A DNA stretch of 32,000 nucleotides from Pseudodesulfovibrio mercurii (GCF_000189295.2 NC_016803.1:3570001-3602000), one strand, 5' to 3'; shown: positions 7,939-17,930, counted from the first letter of the stretch. Made by a program: numbers and translations. Notes: generated from the letters alone by a model not told the origin.

Positions 7939-9522
7939 CTAGAACTTGCCCGCACGGCGGGGCCAGTACCCGGTGAACCCCTTGCAGACGATGATGGTGA
8001 ACTTGCGGCCCTCGCCGCCCTTGAAGGAGGACTGGTAGAAGATGGGTTCGCTTACGGAGGTGAACATCTTGTCCAGTTCGGGCACGGGCTGGTCGCGGAA
8101 CCGCTTGCGGACCATGATCGCATTCCAGCCGAGCTTGTCCTGGCCGGGAACGGGCCAGAGGTCGTACTGGTTCATGCGCCGGTCCTCGCTCCATGTGCAG
8201 AAGGTGATGGGCTTACCTTCGAGGTAGAAGGCGAGCTCCGAGGTGAAGCCGTAGTTGTCGGACATGGCGAAGACCCGCGCGGGATCATCGAACTCGGCGC
8301 GGATGACCTCGTCCACCTTGTGGCCAAGGTCGGCCCAGCCCTTGAGCCGGAGGGTCGGGTTCAGGGAGTCGGGCAGGGGCAGGAGCGGGGAGACGAAGAT
8401 GGCCAGGGTCAGGACGGCGGCCACGCCCGCCAGGATGATGCGACCGCGCGGCCGGCGATTCGGGGCGTCCCACCAGGCCTTGAAGGCCATGCCCGCCAGG
8501 ATGGCGCCCGTGGCGAAGGCGGCGGCGGTCCAGTTGGCCTCCACCTTGGAGAAGAGGGCCTTGAGGGTGATCAGTCCCCACAGGGGCCAGAAGAAGAGCA
8601 GGGTCAGCAGGTCGCGGCGGTAGTCCGCGTCGAACCGGCCCACCGGGCCGACCCAGGCCTTGCGCGCCGCGCCCGCGGTGGCCGCCAGGATGAACCAGAA
8701 CCACCACGGCGAGAGCAGGCCGATCTGCGCGCCGAGCATCTCGAAGAACGGGCCGATGCGGTCGGGCAGCCAGTCGCTGCCGCCCACGCCCGAGGTCAGC
8801 TTGGCCACGTGCTTGTAGGCCACCCAGCCGTTGTCCATGTTCCAGATGACGATGGGCGCGAGCCCCACGGCCGAGCCGATGAGCCCGGCGACGATGAAGC
8901 GTAGCCAGAACCGTTCGGGCAGCTGCCCCCGGAATTGCAGGATGACCGCGTAGAGCACGGCCACGCCCAGGAAGGCGAGCATCATGTACTTGGCCAGGAT
9001 GCCCACGGCCATGCACAGGCCCAGGACCGCGAAGGGGAGGTTGGATACCCCGCGCTCCGTGTCGTGGCGCGTGGCCGAGGCCAGGGCGAAGAAGGCCACG
9101 GTCCAGCACAGGATCAGCGGGCAGTCCGTGGTGGCCAGGATGCCCAGCCCGTTGAGCAGGGGCATGGTCGCGGCCGCGAAGAGCACGAACACGGCCAGCC
9201 GGTACTCCCGCCAGACCCGCGACACCCCGAGATAGAGCGCGGCCTGGATGCCGGTCATGCCCAGGATGGACCCGAAGCGCACGCCCAGCTCGGTGTTCCC
9301 GAAGACCCAGGTCCACAGGCTGATGATCCAGGCGATGAGCGGCCCCTTGGAATAATAGGACAACTGCGGCCGCCTGATCCAATCCCAATACTGCGCCTCG
9401 TCCTGCACCAGGTTCAGCTGCCCGGAGGCCACGAACCAGTAGCGCACGGCGAAAGACACCAGAATGATGAAAAAGGCGAGGACATCCAGCCTGGGTGAGT
9501 ATGTGTCTCTGGGCATCGTCAT
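7939..9522 (-). CDS. Polytopic membrane glycosyltransferase, GT39/GT83 (ArnT / PMT-like) family
   Basis: Many predicted TM helices. N-terminal loop VQDEAQYWDW...YSKGPL is typical of ArnT/PMT-like lipid-carrier-dependent transferases. A soluble C-terminal domain is present. The track start at 9534 is TTG; ATG 9522 or 9516 is more likely, so the start is uncertain. Confidence 0.75.
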   Translation of the reverse strand: MTMPRDTYSPRLDVLAFFIILVSFAVRYWFVASGQLNLVQDEAQYWDWIRRPQLSYYSKGPLIAWIISLWTWVFGNTELGVRFGSILGMTGIQAALYLGVSRVWREYRLAVFVLFAAATMPLLNGLGILATTDCPLILCWTVAFFALASATRHDTERGVSNLPFAVLGLCMAVGILAKYMMLAFLGVAVLYAVILQFRGQLPERFWLRFIVAGLIGSAVGLAPIVIWNMDNGWVAYKHVAKLTSGVGGSDWLPDRIGPFFEMLGAQIGLLSPWWFWFILAATAGAARKAWVGPVGRFDADYRRDLLTLLFFWPLWGLITLKALFSKVEANWTAAAFATGAILAGMAFKAWWDAPNRRPRGRIILAGVAAVLTLAIFVSPLLPLPDSLNPTLRLKGWADLGHKVDEVIRAEFDDPARVFAMSDNYGFTSELAFYLEGKPITFCTWSEDRRMNQYDLWPVPGQDKLGWNAIMVRKRFRDQPVPELDKMFTSVSEPIFYQSSFKGGEGRKFTIIVCKGFTGYWPRRAGKF

Positions 9523-9760
9523 GACGCGCTTCAAGTATATTATTCGGAGGAAGGTGGCAAGTTACGGGCGGCGGCTTGGGATAGCGGGCCATCTGTACAT
9601 TTGGAAATGCACAGCTGACCCATTCTCCCAAGCCTATTCCGGGCGCGGGGGAGAGAGTCGCTGTCGGGTGGCTCGCACCCGAATCGTTCCAGGAAGAGGA
9701 AGAATAAAGGCCTTTGACTCGATGTTGAGTCGGAGGCCTTTTGTTGTGAACAGCCCCGCG

Positions 9761-9810
9761 AAGCGGCGACAAAAAGTTTAGGAAGGGAGAGGGGATGGGG
9801 GGCCGGAGGC
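9761..9810 (-). repeat. Intergenic repeat element, copy A (module 1 CCCGCGAAGCGGCGACAAAAAGTTTAGGAAGGGAGAGGGGATGGGGGG + CCGGAGGC), 9 nt from the methyltransferase stop
   Basis: Direct sequence identity with copies B, C and D over CCCCGCGAAGCGGCGAYAAAAAGTT and over AAAAAGTTTAGGAAGGnAGAGGGGATGGGGG (copy D). Confidence 0.75.
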
Positions 9811-9819
9811 ATTCTTCAA

Positions 9820-10413
9820 CTATACGGCCTCGAAGCAGATGAGGTTGGCGTGGCCGGTGTCGAGGGTGGAGGTATGGGAGAAGCCGTGGGGTTGGACCAG
9901 GGCGCGGACATCGGCATCGGACAGGCGGGAGTGCAGGGGCGGGCCGAAGTCGGCCTCGACCTTTTTGCATTCGAGCACGGCCAGGACGGCGTGGGGGCGC
10001 AGGACGCGGTGGAATTCGCGGAACATCTCGGGCGCGCGGTCGCGGACCTTCTTGATATGCAGGACCGTGGACAGGAAGACCGCGTCCACGGAGTGCGGGT
10101 CGATGGGCAGAGTGTCGATGATGTCCCCGGCAAAGGCGGTGATGGGGGCCTCGCCGGGCCGGGCGGGCAGGTTGTTCAGGGCGTCGGTGGACAGGGCGAT
10201 ATTGTCCACGGCGATGACCCGGCCGGTCTCGCCGAGCAGGCGCGCGGCGTACAGGGAATATTCCCCGGCCCCGCACCCGGCGTCCAGGAAGACCTGGCCC
10301 GGCCGGAGGTCCAGGTGCGCGAAGACCGGAGCCGGTTCCTGCAACCAGAAACTGGTCGGCCCATACCCCTTGCGGGGCCCATCGTCCGTTTGCAAGGATT
10401 TCGTGTTACTCAT
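9820..10413 (-). CDS. Class I SAM-dependent methyltransferase
   Basis: Motif I VFLDAGCGAGEYS, acidic post-I residue (VIAVDN), and a later VLRPHAVLAVLE motif. Substrate unknown. Confidence 0.8.
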   Translation of the reverse strand: MSNTKSLQTDDGPRKGYGPTSFWLQEPAPVFAHLDLRPGQVFLDAGCGAGEYSLYAARLLGETGRVIAVDNIALSTDALNNLPARPGEAPITAFAGDIIDTLPIDPHSVDAVFLSTVLHIKKVRDRAPEMFREFHRVLRPHAVLAVLECKKVEADFGPPLHSRLSDADVRALVQPHGFSHTSTLDTGHANLICFEAV

Positions 10414-10460
10414 TTAAATAAAGTAACACCACCCGTTCGCCCCGTCAATCGACCGATAAC

Positions 10461-10550
10461 CCACCCCGCGAAGCGGCGATAAAAAGTTCTGGAGGGGGAG
10501 TCCAGAGGGGGAACCTCTTTCAAGAGGTTCCCCCTCTGGCCGCCGGAGGC
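10461..10550 (-). repeat. Intergenic repeat element, copy B (module 1 + 18-bp palindromic hairpin 10502-10539 + GGCCGCCGGAGGC overlapping the trpA stop codon)
   Basis: CCCCGCGAAGCGGCGATAAAAAGTTCTGGAGGG...CCAGAGGGGGAACCTCTT/AAGAGGTTCCCCCTCTGG...GGCCGCCGGAGGC. The last base is the first base of the CTA (TAG) stop of trpA. Confidence 0.8.
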
Positions 10551-11311
10551 TACTTCCAGGGCTCCATGAAGGAGTCGCTGGAGCGGCCGGATTCGATGTG
10601 GGAGATGAGGGCGGAGCCGAATACGGCGGCGTCCATGAGGCCCTCGAATTCCTTGAGCTGGTCGGGATGTTTGATGCCGAAGCCCAGGGCCACGGGGATG
10701 TCGAAGACCTCCTTGGCCTCCTTGAGCTTCTCCTTGATGCGCGCGGGCAGGGCGTCGCGCTGGCCCGTGGTGCCGAGCACAGACACGAAGTAGCAGAACC
10801 CCTGCGCACCGTCGGCGTAGAGCTTCATGCGTTCCTTGGTGGTGTTCAGGCCGACCAGGGGGACCAGAGCCACGCCGTGCGGCTCGACCGCGTCCTTGAC
10901 GAACTGGGACTCCTCGTGGGGCATGTCCGCGATGATCAGGCCGGACACGCCCGCGGCCTCGCAGTCCGCGCCGAACTTGTCGAGCCCGTACTGGTAGACC
11001 GGGTTGAGGTAGCCCATGAGCAGCAGGGCCGCCTTGAACTGGCCCTTGCGCTTCTTGAGCTCCGTGAGGATCCAGGTCAGGTTGATGCCGTCTTCGAGGC
11101 ACTTAAGGGACGCCTTTTCCACCACCGGGCCGTCGGCCACGGGGTCGGAGAAGGGCATGCCGATCTCGATGACCGAGGCCCCGGCCGCGTCGAGTTCCGC
11201 CAGCTCCTTCCAGAACCGCTCACGGTTCGGGAAGCCCGCGGGCAGGAAGGGGATGAGGCCGACCTTGCCTTTCTTGCGGGCCTCTTCAATATGTATCTGC
11301 ATGGGATTCAT
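10550..11311 (-). CDS. trpA: Tryptophan synthase alpha chain
   Basis: 253 aa. IPFLPAGFP, EIGMPFSDPVADGP (catalytic Asp region), GFGI. Immediately follows trpB. Confidence 0.95.
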   Translation of the reverse strand: MNPMQIHIEEARKKGKVGLIPFLPAGFPNRERFWKELAELDAAGASVIEIGMPFSDPVADGPVVEKASLKCLEDGINLTWILTELKKRKGQFKAALLLMGYLNPVYQYGLDKFGADCEAAGVSGLIIADMPHEESQFVKDAVEPHGVALVPLVGLNTTKERMKLYADGAQGFCYFVSVLGTTGQRDALPARIKEKLKEAKEVFDIPVALGFGIKHPDQLKEFEGLMDAAVFGSALISHIESGRSSDSFMEPWK

Positions 11312-11320
11312 GACGATCTC

Positions 11321-12484
11321 CTAGAGTATCTGGTCGAGGATGCCGAGGTCCTTGTCGCCGCGCCCGGACAGGCAGACGAGCACGGACTTGCCTTGCAACT
11401 GCTCGCGGTTCTCGATGGCGTAGGCCACGGCGTGGGAGGATTCCAGGGCCGGGATGATGCCTTCGCGTCGGGACAGGACCTTGAAGGCGTTGATGGCCTG
11501 GGCGTCGTTGATGACCGTGTAGTCCACCCGGCCGATGGCGTCGAGGTGGGCGTGTTCCGGTCCCACGCCGGGGTAGTCCAGGCCAGGGGCCACGGAGTGG
11601 GAGGGCTCGATCTGGCCGTCCGGGGTCTGCAGCAGCTTGGTCTTCATGCCGTGCAGCACGCCTTCGGTGCCGTGGTCGATGGGCGCGGAGCTGTAGCAGC
11701 CCGGCTCGCCCGTGCCCGCCGCCTCGACGCCCACGATCTTCACGGACTCGTCCGGGATGAAGTGGTGGAACATGCCGATGGCGTTGGAGCCGCCGCCCAC
11801 GCAGGCCACGACCACGTCGGGCAGGTCGCCCCCGTTGCGCTCCATGAACTGGGCCCGCGCCTCCTTGGAGATGATCTGCTGGAACTCGCGCACCAGGGTG
11901 GGGAAGGGGTGCGGTCCGGCGGCGGTGCCGAAGCAGTAGTGGGTGGTCTCCTGGTCCGCGATCCAGCGGCGCAGGGCCGCGTTGATGGCGTCCTTGAGGG
12001 TCTTGGTGCCCGACTCCACGGCGATGATGTCCGCGCCCATGAGGCGCATGCGGCCCACGTTGGGGGCCTGGCGGACCACGTCGGTGGCGCCCATGTAGAT
12101 GACCGCCTTCATGCCGAGCATGGCGGCGGCGACCGTGGTGGCCACGCCGTGCATGCCCGCGCCGGTCTCGGCCAGGAGGACCTCCTTGCCCATCATCTTG
12201 GCCAGCAGCCCCTGGCCCAGGGTGTTGTTGATCTTGTGCGCGCCCGAGTGGTTCAGGTCCTCGCGCTTGAGCCAGAGGTCCAGGCCGAGGTCCTTGGACA
12301 GGTTCGGGCAGTAGGTGATGGCCGAGGGGCGGCCCACGTTTTCCTTGAGCATATTGGTGAAGCGGGTCTGAAACTCCTCGCTGGGGAGGATGGTTTTCAT
12401 GGCCTCTTCAAGCTCGATGAGCGGCGGCATGAGCAGCTCGGGGATGAACTGGCCGCCGAAGTCGCCGAAGTATCCTTTCTTCAT
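11321..12484 (-). CDS. trpB: Tryptophan synthase beta chain (TrpB1 type)
   Basis: GDFGGQFIPE, LKREDLNHSGAHKINN (PLP lysine), GAGMHGVATT, GGGSNAIG, SGRGDKD. Confidence 0.97.
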   Translation of the reverse strand: MKKGYFGDFGGQFIPELLMPPLIELEEAMKTILPSEEFQTRFTNMLKENVGRPSAITYCPNLSKDLGLDLWLKREDLNHSGAHKINNTLGQGLLAKMMGKEVLLAETGAGMHGVATTVAAAMLGMKAVIYMGATDVVRQAPNVGRMRLMGADIIAVESGTKTLKDAINAALRRWIADQETTHYCFGTAAGPHPFPTLVREFQQIISKEARAQFMERNGGDLPDVVVACVGGGSNAIGMFHHFIPDESVKIVGVEAAGTGEPGCYSSAPIDHGTEGVLHGMKTKLLQTPDGQIEPSHSVAPGLDYPGVGPEHAHLDAIGRVDYTVINDAQAINAFKVLSRREGIIPALESSHAVAYAIENREQLQGKSVLVCLSGRGDKDLGILDQIL

Positions 12485-12493
12485 GGTGATTCC

Positions 12494-13120
12494 TTATTCC
12501 ATTTCCGCGAGAATCCGGAAGATTTCCCGCAGCTTGGTTTCGTCCTTGATGCCCGGCGCGCGCTCCACGCCGGAGTTGAAGTCCAGGCCGGAGGGATTGG
12601 CCGTCAGGGCGTATCTGACGTTGTCCGGCCCGAGGCCCCCTGCAAGGAACCAAGGTGTTTGTATTTCAATATGTTGCAGTATCTCGATATTAATCGACTT
12701 GCCGGTGCCGCCCTGGCCCCTCACGCCCGCGTCCAGGAGGAAGTGGCCACAGACCTCGGAGTAGGCCTCCAGGTCGCGCTCCAGGGCGCGGGGGGAGGCG
12801 TAGGTCTCGGGCCAGAAGGCCCGGATGACCCGGTCGGGGCCGATCTTCCAGCAGAAGTCCACGTTCTGGCCGCCGTGCAGCTGGGCCGCGTGCAGTCCGC
12901 AGCGGTCCATGGTCTCGATGACCTCGTCGGCGGTCTGGTTGACGAACACGCCGACCTTGGAGACCTTGCCGGTCTTGACCGAGGCCACGAAGTCCGGGTC
13001 CGCGTTGCGCGGGCTGCCGGGATGGAAGATGAAGCCGATGAGGTCCACGCCAAGATCGACGCAGAGTTCGACGTCCTCCATGCGGGTCATGCCGCAGACT
13101 TTGACCAGGGGGCGCGCCAT
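12494..13120 (-). CDS. trpF: N-(5'-phosphoribosyl)anthranilate isomerase
   Basis: VKVCGMTR N-terminus, GVFVN, LHG, FLLD, LAGGL pattern. Position between trpC and trpB. Confidence 0.93.
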   Translation of the reverse strand: MARPLVKVCGMTRMEDVELCVDLGVDLIGFIFHPGSPRNADPDFVASVKTGKVSKVGVFVNQTADEVIETMDRCGLHAAQLHGGQNVDFCWKIGPDRVIRAFWPETYASPRALERDLEAYSEVCGHFLLDAGVRGQGGTGKSINIEILQHIEIQTPWFLAGGLGPDNVRYALTANPSGLDFNSGVERAPGIKDETKLREIFRILAEME

Positions 13121-13121
13121 G

Positions 13122-13892
13122 CTACTTCACTCCCGCCAGTTCGGCCAGCTTGGCGCCGGGATCGTCGGCCTCCATGAGGGAGGTGCCGATGAGCACGGCG
13201 TCGAAGCCCAAGGAGGCCATCTCCTCCACCTGGGCGCGGGTGGACACGCCGCTGGCGCAGATCCACAGCTCGCCGTCGCGCTTCTGTTTGATGAAGCGTC
13301 GGCCCTGGTCCAGGGTGGTGGTCAGGGTGTCCAGGTCGCGGTTGTTGACCTGGATGATGTCCGCCCCGGCCTCGCGGGCCCGGTCCAGGTCCGCCTGGTC
13401 GAATATCTCGACCACCGGGGCCAGGCCGGGCATGCGGGCGATGTCGATGAGCTGCTTCAGGTGGGCGGCGTCGTCGCACATGCGGGCGATGAGCAGCACG
13501 GCCGAGGCCGGGCTGGACGCGGTCATGGCCACCTGGAGCGGGTCGAAGATGAAGTCCTTGCGCAGCAGGGGCAGCCCCGGCCCGTTCATCATGAACAGGA
13601 AGTCCGGGGTGCCCTTGAAGTACTTGTGCTCGGTCAGCACGGAGATGGCGGCGGCGCCGTTCTTGGCGTAGGTCTCGGCCACCTCCATGGGGTCGAGATC
13701 CGTGCGCAGCACGCCCTTGCTCGGGCTGGCCGGCTTGAACTCGGCGATGATCGCCCCCGGCCCCTTGGACCGGATGGCCTCGGTGAAGGAGGGGCGTTCA
13801 CCCTGGTACATGGCGGGGATGCGCCCCTCCATGAAGTCCTTGCGCAGCGACTCGATCTCGAGCTGCTTGGCCTCGCGGAACTTATTCAGCAT
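13122..13892 (-). CDS. trpC: Indole-3-glycerol-phosphate synthase
   Basis: IAEFKPASPSKG, LTEHKYFKG, PLLRKDFIFD, VEIF, IQVNNRDL, SGV. The canonical IGPS motif order. Confidence 0.95.
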   Translation of the reverse strand: MLNKFREAKQLEIESLRKDFMEGRIPAMYQGERPSFTEAIRSKGPGAIIAEFKPASPSKGVLRTDLDPMEVAETYAKNGAAAISVLTEHKYFKGTPDFLFMMNGPGLPLLRKDFIFDPLQVAMTASSPASAVLLIARMCDDAAHLKQLIDIARMPGLAPVVEIFDQADLDRAREAGADIIQVNNRDLDTLTTTLDQGRRFIKQKRDGELWICASGVSTRAQVEEMASLGFDAVLIGTSLMEADDPGAKLAELAGVK

Positions 13893-14889
13893 AGGGGATT
13901 CCTTTGGTCAGTCCTTTGTTCACCACGTCGCGGGCGATGTCGGCGCATTCGGCCATGGTGCCCTTGTCGAGCAGGTTGAGGCAGGCGGCCAGGTTGAGGG
14001 CGACCATGTCCATCATGGCCTCGGGGCCCTTGCCCGCCAGGATCAGGCGGAGCTTGTCCACGGCGTCCTCCTTGCCGGTGACACGCACGTCCTCCGGGGC
14101 GTGGCGCGGGAAGCCCAGGGCGGCGGAATCGACCACGGCCTTGTCCATGCGGCCGTCGTCGATGACGTAGCCCCGGTTCACTCCCCAGGTGGTCAGTTCG
14201 TCGAAGCCGCCCGCGCCCGCGAAGATGAGCGCCCGTTTCACGCCGGTCAGGAGCAGGGTCTCGCCCATGAGGAAGAGCCGCTCCGGGTCGCCCACGCCGA
14301 GGAGCTGGTGGGACGGCCGGGCCGGGTTGGTCAGCGGGCCCATGAAGTTGAACAGGGTACGGATGCCGAGTTGCTTGCGCACGGGCATGATGTACTTGAA
14401 GGCCGGGTGGTAGGCGGGCGCGAACAGGAAGGCGAAGTGGTATTTCTCGAATCCCGCGGCGGCCTCCTCCGGGGTCTGCTCCAGGGGGATGCCCAGGGCC
14501 TCCAGGGCGTCGGCCGAGCCGCAGGAGGAGGACAGGGCGCGGTTGCCGTGCTTGGCCACGGTGTAGCCCATGTCGGCCAGGAACAGGGACACGGCCGTGG
14601 AGCAGTTGAAGGAGCACTGGCCGTCGCCGCCCGTGCCGCAGGTGTCGATGACCGGCTCGGGACGGTTGCCGTCGAAGCCGGGAATTTTGCGCGCGTGGGA
14701 GATGACGGCGCGCACGCCCGCGGCCAGGTCCGTGGAGTCCTCGCCCTTGGCGCGCAGCCCCATGAGGAAGGCCCCGGCCTGGGCCTCGGTCAGGTTGCCG
14801 GTCATGAGTTCTTCGAACATGAAGTCCGCCTGGTCGTCGGTCAGGGCGCGTTTCTGGGCCAGAATCTCGAGAATTTCCGCTATGGTCAT
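13882..14889 (-). CDS. trpD: Anthranilate phosphoribosyltransferase
   Basis: DTCGTGGDG, KHGNRA, GPLTNPA motifs. Overlaps the trpC start by 11 nt. Confidence 0.96.
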   Translation of the reverse strand: MTIAEILEILAQKRALTDDQADFMFEELMTGNLTEAQAGAFLMGLRAKGEDSTDLAAGVRAVISHARKIPGFDGNRPEPVIDTCGTGGDGQCSFNCSTAVSLFLADMGYTVAKHGNRALSSSCGSADALEALGIPLEQTPEEAAAGFEKYHFAFLFAPAYHPAFKYIMPVRKQLGIRTLFNFMGPLTNPARPSHQLLGVGDPERLFLMGETLLLTGVKRALIFAGAGGFDELTTWGVNRGYVIDDGRMDKAVVDSAALGFPRHAPEDVRVTGKEDAVDKLRLILAGKGPEAMMDMVALNLAACLNLLDKGTMAECADIARDVVNKGLTKGIPYAE

Positions 14890-14893
14890 GATA

Positions 14894-15446
14894 TTATCCT
14901 TTTATGTTCAAGAAGTTGGCAAGGAGTTTGGGGCCTTCGGGGGTGAGGATGGATTCCGGGTGGAACTGCACGCCGTGCCAGGGGCGGTCCTTGTATTGCA
15001 GCCCCATGACCTCGCCCTGCTCGGTGCGGGCCGTGACCTCAATCTTGTCCGCGGCCTTTTCCGCCGGGACGATGAGGGAGTGGTAGCGGCAGACCGTGAA
15101 CGGGGAGGGCAGCCCGGCGAACACGCCCCGGCCCTCGTGGAAGACCTCGGAGGTCTTGCCGTGCATGATCCGCCCGGCGCGCTCCACCGGGGCGCCCGCG
15201 AAGTGGCCCAGGGTCTGGTGGCCCAGGCAGACGCCGAGCACCGGGATCTCCTTGGGCAGCCGGGCCAGGAATTCCAGGCAGAAGCCCGCGTTCTGCGGGT
15301 TGCTCGGGCCGGGGGAGAGACAGACCCGTTCGAGTTCGCCGCTCACGGCCAGTTCCAGGACCTCTTCGCGGTCGTTGCGGATGACCACGGGGTCGGCCCC
15401 GAGCTGCTGGAACGCCTGCACCAGGTTGAAGGTGAAGGAGTCGAAA

Positions 15447-15466
<20 letters not shown>
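14894..15466 (-). CDS. trpG: Anthranilate synthase component II (glutamine amidotransferase)
   Basis: MFLLIDNFDSFTFNLVQ, PGPS, GVCLGHQ (catalytic Cys), FHPES (His/Glu). Confidence 0.95.
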
Positions 15467-16913
<1,447 letters not shown>

Positions 16914-17078
16914 TGTCTATCCTTCACAACCGTTGTCGGCGAGGCGGGAGCCCCGCGCGCAATGGTCGTCGTTGAAGCTGTTATCCTTAATGATATGGCC
17001 TGGGTATGACCTGCCATCCCTTGATCTTCTTGCGATTTTCCGATTTCTTTCACGTACCGTTCATCACTGTTCTCCTTG

Positions 17079-17116
17079 AAAAAACGAAGCCGCATCCCGG
17101 ATCGGGGTGCGGCTTC
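17079..17116 (-). terminator. Intrinsic terminator (candidate Trp attenuator) between tyrA and trpE
   Basis: Minus strand: GAAGCCGCACCCC-GAUCC-GGGAUGCGGCUUC (12 of 13 pairs), then G + UUUUUU. Sits 44 nt after the tyrA stop and 166 nt before the trpE ATG. Confidence 0.75.
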
Positions 17117-17148
17117 GGTTACGGTTGTAATCGTGTGCCCGGCGAAAC

Positions 17149-17158
17149 GCCGCACCCC
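17149..17158 (-). promoter_or_regulatory. Candidate antiterminator segment GGGGUGCGGC, 1 nt after the tyrA stop codon
   Basis: Perfect 10-nt complement of GCCGCACCCC (17104-17113), which is part of the 5' arm of the terminator. The two pairings are mutually exclusive. Confidence 0.6.
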
Positions 17159-17159
17159 A

Positions 17160-17930
17160 TTAATAAGACTTTTCGTTACGCCACCACCACTGGGCCCGGT
17201 CGGCCAGCAGGTCGAGATCGCCGCCGGCGGCCAGGCTGAGATAGGACATGAACTTGCGGCTGACTTCCTGAAGGAAGGGATTGGCCTCGGAGATTATCTC
17301 GAACAGCTCCGTGTCCTGGGTGAGCATCTTGGCCGCCGCGTCGAGCCTGCGGCGGAAGGACGGGGTGACGAAATTCCCGATGCCCTCCACGTCGCGGGCC
17401 GCCGCCAGGAAGGCCACGGTGGAGGTGTAGTTCAGACCCTGGATGTAGGCCATGGCACGGTCGTGCGCCTCGGGGGTGGAGGCGAAGCATTCGTAGCCGC
17501 AGCGGGTGAACAGGTCGGCCACCCGGTCCGCCGCGTCGGCGTCCCGGTCGCGGCCGGGCATGACCGCCACGCGGGGCGTAAAGCCCTCGGGGATGACCGC
17601 GCCGAACAGGGGGTGGGTGCCGACCACCGGGCCCGAGTAGCGGGCGAGCATGGCCTTGACGGGCAGGACCTTGACCGAGCCCACGTCGCACAGGATGGTC
17701 GGTTCCTTGAGGTGGGGCGCCATGCGTTCGAGCACGGCGTTCATGGCCGTGACCGGCACGCTGAGCAGGAGCAGGTCGCACCCGGTCAGGGCCGCGCGCA
17801 CGTCCTCGTCCGAGGAGCGCCGACCCAGGCCGGTGACGGAAAGGCCGAGCCCGGCGAAGTCCGCCGAGAAGCGTCCGCCCATCTGTCCGCCCGCACCCAC
17901 GATGGTGATATGCTCGATTGCCGTTGCCAT
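17160..17930 (-). CDS. tyrA: Prephenate (or arogenate) dehydrogenase; C-terminus ...DRAQWWWRNEKSY
   Basis: N-terminal Rossmann motif ITIVGAGGQMGG and the conserved HPLFG segment. Placed between aroA and trpE. Confidence 0.88.
   Translation of the reverse strand: MATAIEHITIVGAGGQMGGRFSADFAGLGLSVTGLGRRSSDEDVRAALTGCDLLLLSVPVTAMNAVLERMAPHLKEPTILCDVGSVKVLPVKAMLARYSGPVVGTHPLFGAVIPEGFTPRVAVMPGRDRDADAADRVADLFTRCGYECFASTPEAHDRAMAYIQGLNYTSTVAFLAAARDVEGIGNFVTPSFRRRLDAAAKMLTQDTELFEIISEANPFLQEVSRKFMSYLSLAAGGDLDLLADRAQWWWRNEKSY

Noticed and set aside
8285-10276. 663-aa minus-strand ORF overlapping the GT39 gene and the methyltransferase
   Set aside because: It is an alternative frame of two real genes plus the repeat-containing spacer. 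Its extreme R/P/G content is not protein-like.
10598-13177. 859-aa plus-strand ORF. The same applies to the ORFs at 33..1967, 13687..14946, 15096..17009, 19289..21535 and 26007..27233.
   Set aside because: All are antisense to textbook trp/aro/metK/helicase genes with clear catalytic motifs. They share the same low-complexity GC-driven composition.
16914-17159. T-box or other riboswitch upstream of trpE; SAM riboswitch upstream of metK (27201-27236)
   Set aside because: I could not identify a specifier-loop/T-box consensus (AAnnnGGGTGGTACCGCG-like) in the trpE leader. The metK upstream gap is only 36 nt.
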